Below, one piece after another: positions 36,424 to 40,257 of a DNA stretch of 40,257 nucleotides (position 1 is its first letter; each line of letters starts with the position of its first letter). Source of the stretch: Anaerolineae bacterium (GTDB lineage: Bacteria; Chloroflexota; Anaerolineae; SpSt-313); NCBI GenBank assembly GCA_023511475.1, contig JAIMBM010000001.1, positions 1-40,257 of the forward strand. Direction: 5' to 3'. The translations under genes were made by a program, and so were the position numbers. A model generated the notes under the pieces. The model had not been told where the DNA came from and made no database searches. It saw nothing but the letters and a program-made list of their open reading frames with translations.

Positions 36424-37223
36424 GGTGTACCCTGCCATCGCGTCCAGTAGTGCTGCAGGACATAGCTGCCATCGACCGGGACCAGATCGAAGAGACCCGC
36501 CGCTGCGGGGCTGCGCAGCACGAGGTCGGGGGCCGCCCCGGCATCGCGGAAGAACTTGATGGCCAGCGCATCCTGTGGATCAACAGCCAGAAGGATGGCC
36601 TCCGGACGCCCACGCTGTGCCGCACCCAGCCCCGCGGGCAGCGGCGAGGATGAGGGGCCCGCCTGCTGGGCCGGCTCGGCGTATACGACCTCGGCTACCT
36701 GAAGGTCCTGAAGCAGACACAGAGTGTTGAGGCCCTCCGCAGCCTCCGGCTGGACGCGTCCGAGATCGAGGCTGAAAAGCAGGTCCACACGGTCGCCAGG
36801 CCTGACGATCCCCGCAGTGTTCAGAAGGTCCTGAGCGGGGAAGGCCACCATGACCTTGTCCGGATCCATAGCAAAGGCCGCCCTTGGGCCGACATAGTCG
36901 GGGGCGATCAGGCGGTCACGGAGGATCTGCTCACCACGGGCGATGGCCGCCGTGGTCAACTGGCCCACAGCCTCCCGCGGATGGCTGAGACTGCTCTCCA
37001 GCGCGAGGGTGGCGGGGACCTCCCGAAGCGCCAGGTCGCCCTCCTCGATGAGCGTGTGGGGCGGCAAGTCGCGGGCGGCGACGAGCACCTGAAGACCAGC
37101 CGGCGTGTGCGAGGCCCTCTGGAGAGCCGTAGCGCGCTGCACGGCGACATAGGTGAGAATGCCGGCGACTGCAGCCAGCACGAGACCAGAGGCAAACCAC
37201 AGCAAGCCTCTTCGATGGGTCAA
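36420..37223 (-). CDS. cpaB: Flp pilus assembly protein CpaB/RcpC-like (TM plus SAF domain)
   Basis: N-terminal TM LLWFASGLVLAAVAGILTYVAV and SAF-like VLVAARDLPPHTLIEEGDLALREVP. The TTG at 37223 is 7 nt after GGAGG and downstream of the tadG stop. The track start at 37310 would overlap tadG by 59 nt. Confidence 0.75.
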   Translation of the reverse strand: MTHRRGLLWFASGLVLAAVAGILTYVAVQRATALQRASHTPAGLQVLVAARDLPPHTLIEEGDLALREVPATLALESSLSHPREAVGQLTTAAIARGEQILRDRLIAPDYVGPRAAFAMDPDKVMVAFPAQDLLNTAGIVRPGDRVDLLFSLDLGRVQPEAAEGLNTLCLLQDLQVAEVVYAEPAQQAGPSSSPLPAGLGAAQRGRPEAILLAVDPQDALAIKFFRDAGAAPDLVLRSPAAAGLFDLVPVDGSYVLQHYWTRWQGTP

Positions 37224-37251
37224 CGTCACACCTCCGCTCGTGGATTTGGGC

Positions 37252-38208
37252 CTAGCGCAGGAGTCGGATGGCGTAGGGACCGAAGGAAGGAGCGTCGTCG
37301 TCTCCGCCACCGCCTCCTGACGGAATGTAGCTCCGGAGGAAATAGCCCTCCACGTACTTGGGGTTGCCCGCGTGCTTCACATGGGTCACGTGGAACACCG
37401 CAAACCCGACAATGTGGTAGTCGAGCTGCCCGCTGCCGAGGTCGTGACCGGGGTTATCCTCCTCAACGACATCGAAGATGGGCACGACGACGTCCTTGCC
37501 CAGCCGCCAGGTGTTGAACTCGATCAGTGACGCCGCTTTGACGCCCGGGGTGCCGTTGATCCACATGCCGGCCCACACCGGGCCTCGGTAGCCGTACCGT
37601 ATCCACTCCTCGACCTCACTGTCGGCGACTGCACCGCCGTCAAAGTTGAGCCAGCCGCGCTGGCCGTCCCAGATGTCCCCCGGCTGCGGGTCGCCTACGC
37701 CCTTGTCGTCGGCCCAGATGCGCACAATCTGACCGGGAGCCCACATGTCCTGTCGCACGGTAACGGGCATGAGGTCGGCGCTATCTTTCATGCGCTGCAC
37801 AGGACTGTAGCCCGCGACTGCAGCCGCAGAGACCCGCGCCGTCGGGACGCCGACAACGCCGGCAAAGTAGGTGGGAAAGCTCTTGTGGACGGTAACGGCC
37901 ACGGTATGGCCGACGATGGCGTACTCGTACTGCTCGGCCCCATTGTGCGTGACGGCATACTCGAACACGCTCCGGTCAACGTCCTGCTCCAGCGCCAGAG
38001 CCCTTGCTCCGGCAAGGGCAGCGGCGTCGGCGGCGTTCTGCATGAAGCGGCGCTGGGAGTAGATGTTGCCCATGTCGATGACCAGGGCCAGCATGCCGAT
38101 GAGCCCTACGAGCATGACGGCGGCGACCACCAGGGTCTGGCCTCTCTGGAAGGTTGCCCTGTCAGCGCTGGCCGCGCCGGGCCATCCGATCAGTTGCTCA
38201 CGCTTCAT
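37252..38208 (-). CDS. tadG: TadG-like pilus assembly protein / pseudopilin
   Basis: N-terminus RGQTLVVAAVMLVGLIGMLALVIDMGNIYSQRRFMQNAADAAALAGA matches the TadE/G-like N-terminal domain. ATGA overlap with the upstream tadE-like gene. Confidence 0.7.
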   Translation of the reverse strand: MKREQLIGWPGAASADRATFQRGQTLVVAAVMLVGLIGMLALVIDMGNIYSQRRFMQNAADAAALAGARALALEQDVDRSVFEYAVTHNGAEQYEYAIVGHTVAVTVHKSFPTYFAGVVGVPTARVSAAAVAGYSPVQRMKDSADLMPVTVRQDMWAPGQIVRIWADDKGVGDPQPGDIWDGQRGWLNFDGGAVADSEVEEWIRYGYRGPVWAGMWINGTPGVKAASLIEFNTWRLGKDVVVPIFDVVEEDNPGHDLGSGQLDYHIVGFAVFHVTHVKHAGNPKYVEGYFLRSYIPSGGGGGDDDAPSFGPYAIRLLR

Positions 38209-38645
38209 GGCTCAATCCTCATGATCGACCGGGCGCGGAGGGTCACCCCCGCCGGGCCCTCGTCGAAGAGCTGTGCGATCATCAGGGTAACGGGCACGAA
38301 CCTGCAGGAGACATCCACCTGCACGTGCTCGCCATCTGGCCACGATATGGCCACGCCATAGGCATCGGCATCCGCAGAGTCGATACCGAAGAGCACGATG
38401 CGCTCGCGGGCGGCCTGGAGCATGGCTGCGGCGTTGCCCGGATCAACGGAGCCAACCCTCGCGGCCTCCCGAGCGGCGCTGGCAACCATGCTGCGGACAT
38501 ACACGGCACGGGACAGGTCGACGATACCCAGCACCAGAAACATCAGTACCAGCGAGGCCAGCGCAAACTCGGCGAGCGCCTGACCTCGCTGGAGGCGCTT
38601 CCCGAGGCGATTGCCGCGACTCCCGAAAGCTGCCTCGGTTTCCAT
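38205..38645 (-). CDS. tadE: TadE-like minor pilin
   Basis: Prepilin-type N-terminus LQRG/QALAEFALASLVLMFLVLGIVDL (G-x4-EF). Starts directly after the previous stop. Confidence 0.75.
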   Translation of the reverse strand: METEAAFGSRGNRLGKRLQRGQALAEFALASLVLMFLVLGIVDLSRAVYVRSMVASAAREAARVGSVDPGNAAAMLQAARERIVLFGIDSADADAYGVAISWPDGEHVQVDVSCRFVPVTLMIAQLFDEGPAGVTLRARSIMRIEP

Positions 38646-39056
38646 TCAGCTGCCTCCCGGAAGGATGGCCATCTCGTTCTCCGCACTGATCCCTACGGGT
38701 TTGCCACCAAAGAGGTAGAGCGTCACGAGCGGGAGGCTGTAGGATGCCCTGACGCGGATCGGCGCTGCGGCTGTCATTCCCAATGGCGCGCTCACCTCGA
38801 TCCGGAGGTCCTCGCGGCGCAGGCCCTGACTGACCAGGTCGGCCTCGGTCCGCTCGACGATGCGTCGGCGGTCGCCCTCGCTCAGGCTGGACAGGGTACA
38901 GCCATAGCGGGCACCCTCACGTGTGCCATTGGCCAGAGTGAGCCATATCGAGAAGGCTCGCCCGAGGTCCAGGCAACCCAGCGTGATGAGCAACAACAGC
39001 GGAAGAACAAGGGCGAGCTCAGCCGCGGCCTGACCTCTGTGGCTGCGCAGCAGCAT
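38646..39056 (-). CDS. tadE: TadE-like minor pilin
   Basis: Prepilin-type N-terminus SHRG/QAAAELALVLPLLLLITLGCLDL (G-x4-EL). AAGGAGGTG RBS. Confidence 0.75.
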   Translation of the reverse strand: MLLRSHRGQAAAELALVLPLLLLITLGCLDLGRAFSIWLTLANGTREGARYGCTLSSLSEGDRRRIVERTEADLVSQGLRREDLRIEVSAPLGMTAAAPIRVRASYSLPLVTLYLFGGKPVGISAENEMAILPGGS

Positions 39057-39221
39057 CCTACACCTCCTTGTCGCATAGCCTCCCTGCCGTCAGCCTGGGA
39101 CCGCCGGCGGTGCCAGAGGAACGGGAGCCACCGTGGGCACCCGCCGGAAGGGGTAGACTCATGGCCGGGAGACGTGGTCGCCTCACGCCCAGGCTGTGCG
39201 GCATCCGATTGCGATCGATGG

Positions 39222-39407
39222 TCAGGAGCCAGGCACGTTGAGCTTGTTGGCGACGGCGTTGAAGACGGTCTCGATCTTGCCACCGAGCGCCGTCACCGCA
39301 GTGATCACGACGATGGCGATCAGGGCGATGAGGAGCGCATACTCGGCGAGGTCCTGTCCGTCTTCGCGCCTGAGGGTGCGGAGCCAGGCGAGAACGTATG
39401 GCAACAT
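39222..39407 (-). CDS. flp: Flp-family type IVb pilin
   Basis: 61 aa. The Flp motif REDG/QDLAEYALLIALIAIVVI fits G-x4-EY followed by a hydrophobic helix. AAGGAGGAG RBS. Confidence 0.85.
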   Translation of the reverse strand: MLPYVLAWLRTLRREDGQDLAEYALLIALIAIVVITAVTALGGKIETVFNAVANKLNVPGS

Positions 39408-39782
39408 CGGGATCTCCTCCTTGTTGTCATTGATATCGTCTGGCCGCCGGGCCGGCGGCCCGGCGGAGAGAACCCGAGCTCTTGGATGACGTGCGTCAAT
39501 GGGCTGGACAAGGGGTACAGACGGGAAGTTGATCCAGAGGGAGCCCAGCGAGCGCGAGGCCCATGCGGGCCTTTACATGGTGAGATGGGCGCCCGCTGCG
39601 CACCGCCGAGAGGTAGAGCAAGTTCTGTGCCACCGGCGCAAGGCCAGGCAGGTCACCTCGGCGGCGAGGTGAGGAGAGCAGGGATTACGGAGTAGGGCGC
39701 GATGGGTGGCATGGGCGGCAGACAGGCCAGCGCAGGGCGCGGGCAGGCTGGAATGCACCTGCCTGCGAGCAGCGCCAGGGCT

Positions 39783-40244
39783 TCAGAAACCTTCGTCGCG
39801 GCGACGCGCGGCGCGCTCCATGGCGCGGCGGGCCTCGCGCTCAGCGATGGCTGCGCGCTTGTCGTAGAGCTTTTTGCCGCGGGCGAGGGCGATCTCAACT
39901 TTGGCGCGGTTATCGCGGAGGTAGAGGCGGAGAGGCACGATGGTGAACCCCTTGGCCTGCACACCCTCGCTCAGCTCGCGGATCTCTTTGTGGTGCAGGA
40001 GGAGCTTGCGGTCCCGCCTTGGCTCGTGCTGGGCATAGCCGGCGGTGCTGTAGGGGGCGATGTGCACATTGACGAGCCACGCCTCCCCATCGCGAATGGT
40101 AACAAAGCCCTCGGCAAGGCTCACGCGACCCTCGCGGATGGACTTGATCTCACTGCCCTGAAGGACGATCCCCGCCTCGTACCGCTGGCCGATGATATAG
40201 TCGTGGAACGCCTTGCGGTTGACCGCGACGGTCTTCTCGGCCAT
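39783..40244 (-). CDS. smpB: SsrA-binding protein SmpB
   Basis: NRKAFHDYII, GIVLQGSEIKSIREGRVSL, VNVHIAPY, RDRKLLLHKKEI-like and a basic C-terminal tail. Confidence 0.95.
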   Translation of the reverse strand: MAEKTVAVNRKAFHDYIIGQRYEAGIVLQGSEIKSIREGRVSLAEGFVTIRDGEAWLVNVHIAPYSTAGYAQHEPRRDRKLLLHHKEIRELSEGVQAKGFTIVPLRLYLRDNRAKVEIALARGKKLYDKRAAIAEREARRAMERAARRRDEGF

Positions 40245-40257
40245 CTCGCCTACATCC

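Noticed and set aside
38154-39695. 513-aa plus-strand ORF across the pilin genes
   Set aside because: Antisense to the tadE/tadE/flp genes, which have prepilin signatures, RBSs and coupled junctions. No motif was recognised in the long ORF.

Overview
All calls come from reading the sequence and the ORF track; no searches were run. The window is visibly GC-rich, with strong GGAGG ribosome-binding sites and G/C-dominated third codon positions. It is densely coding and mostly housekeeping, from a bacterium that looks monoderm and possibly Chloroflexota/Thermomicrobia-like. That guess is inference only. It rests on split gcvPA/PB, class 1B DHODH with PyrK, an alpha/beta-type GlyRS and a Tad pilus locus without a secretin.

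Gene content in order:
- A pyrimidine cluster: a MerR-HTH::dihydroorotase-like fusion, pyrB, a fused pyrF-pyrE, pyrD and pyrK.
- A PurM/AIR-synthase-like protein, a large polytopic membrane protein and a LuxR-HTH/TM/Kelch protein.
- deoC, a class II aldolase, recO, a fused glyQ-glyS and a small unknown ORF.
- A DUF1537-type four-carbon acid sugar kinase, an MBL-fold lipoprotein, an AMMECR1 protein and an M23 peptidase.
- An acyltransferase / GT4 / CDP-alcohol phosphatidyltransferase operon resembling phosphatidylinositol-mannoside synthesis.
- Two adjacent radical SAM genes that appear co-transcribed with gcvT-gcvH-gcvPA-gcvPB.
- mobB, mtnP and a one-piece tmRNA (ssrA) with its promoter and terminator.
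- A nine-gene Tad/Flp pilus locus: flp, 2x tadE-like, tadG-like, cpaB, REC-fused tadZ/cpaE, tadB, tadC, cpaF.
- smpB.

Most interesting items:
- The MerR::truncated CAD-type dihydroorotase chimera at the head of the pyr genes.
- The radical SAM pair fused into the glycine-cleavage operon, a candidate LipS1/LipS2-type two-protein lipoyl synthase.
- The secretin-less Tad locus wedged between smpB and ssrA, whose TadZ carries a near-canonical receiver domain.

I found no CRISPR array, transposase, integrase or recognisable defence system. Many long antisense ORFs in the track are high-GC artefacts.
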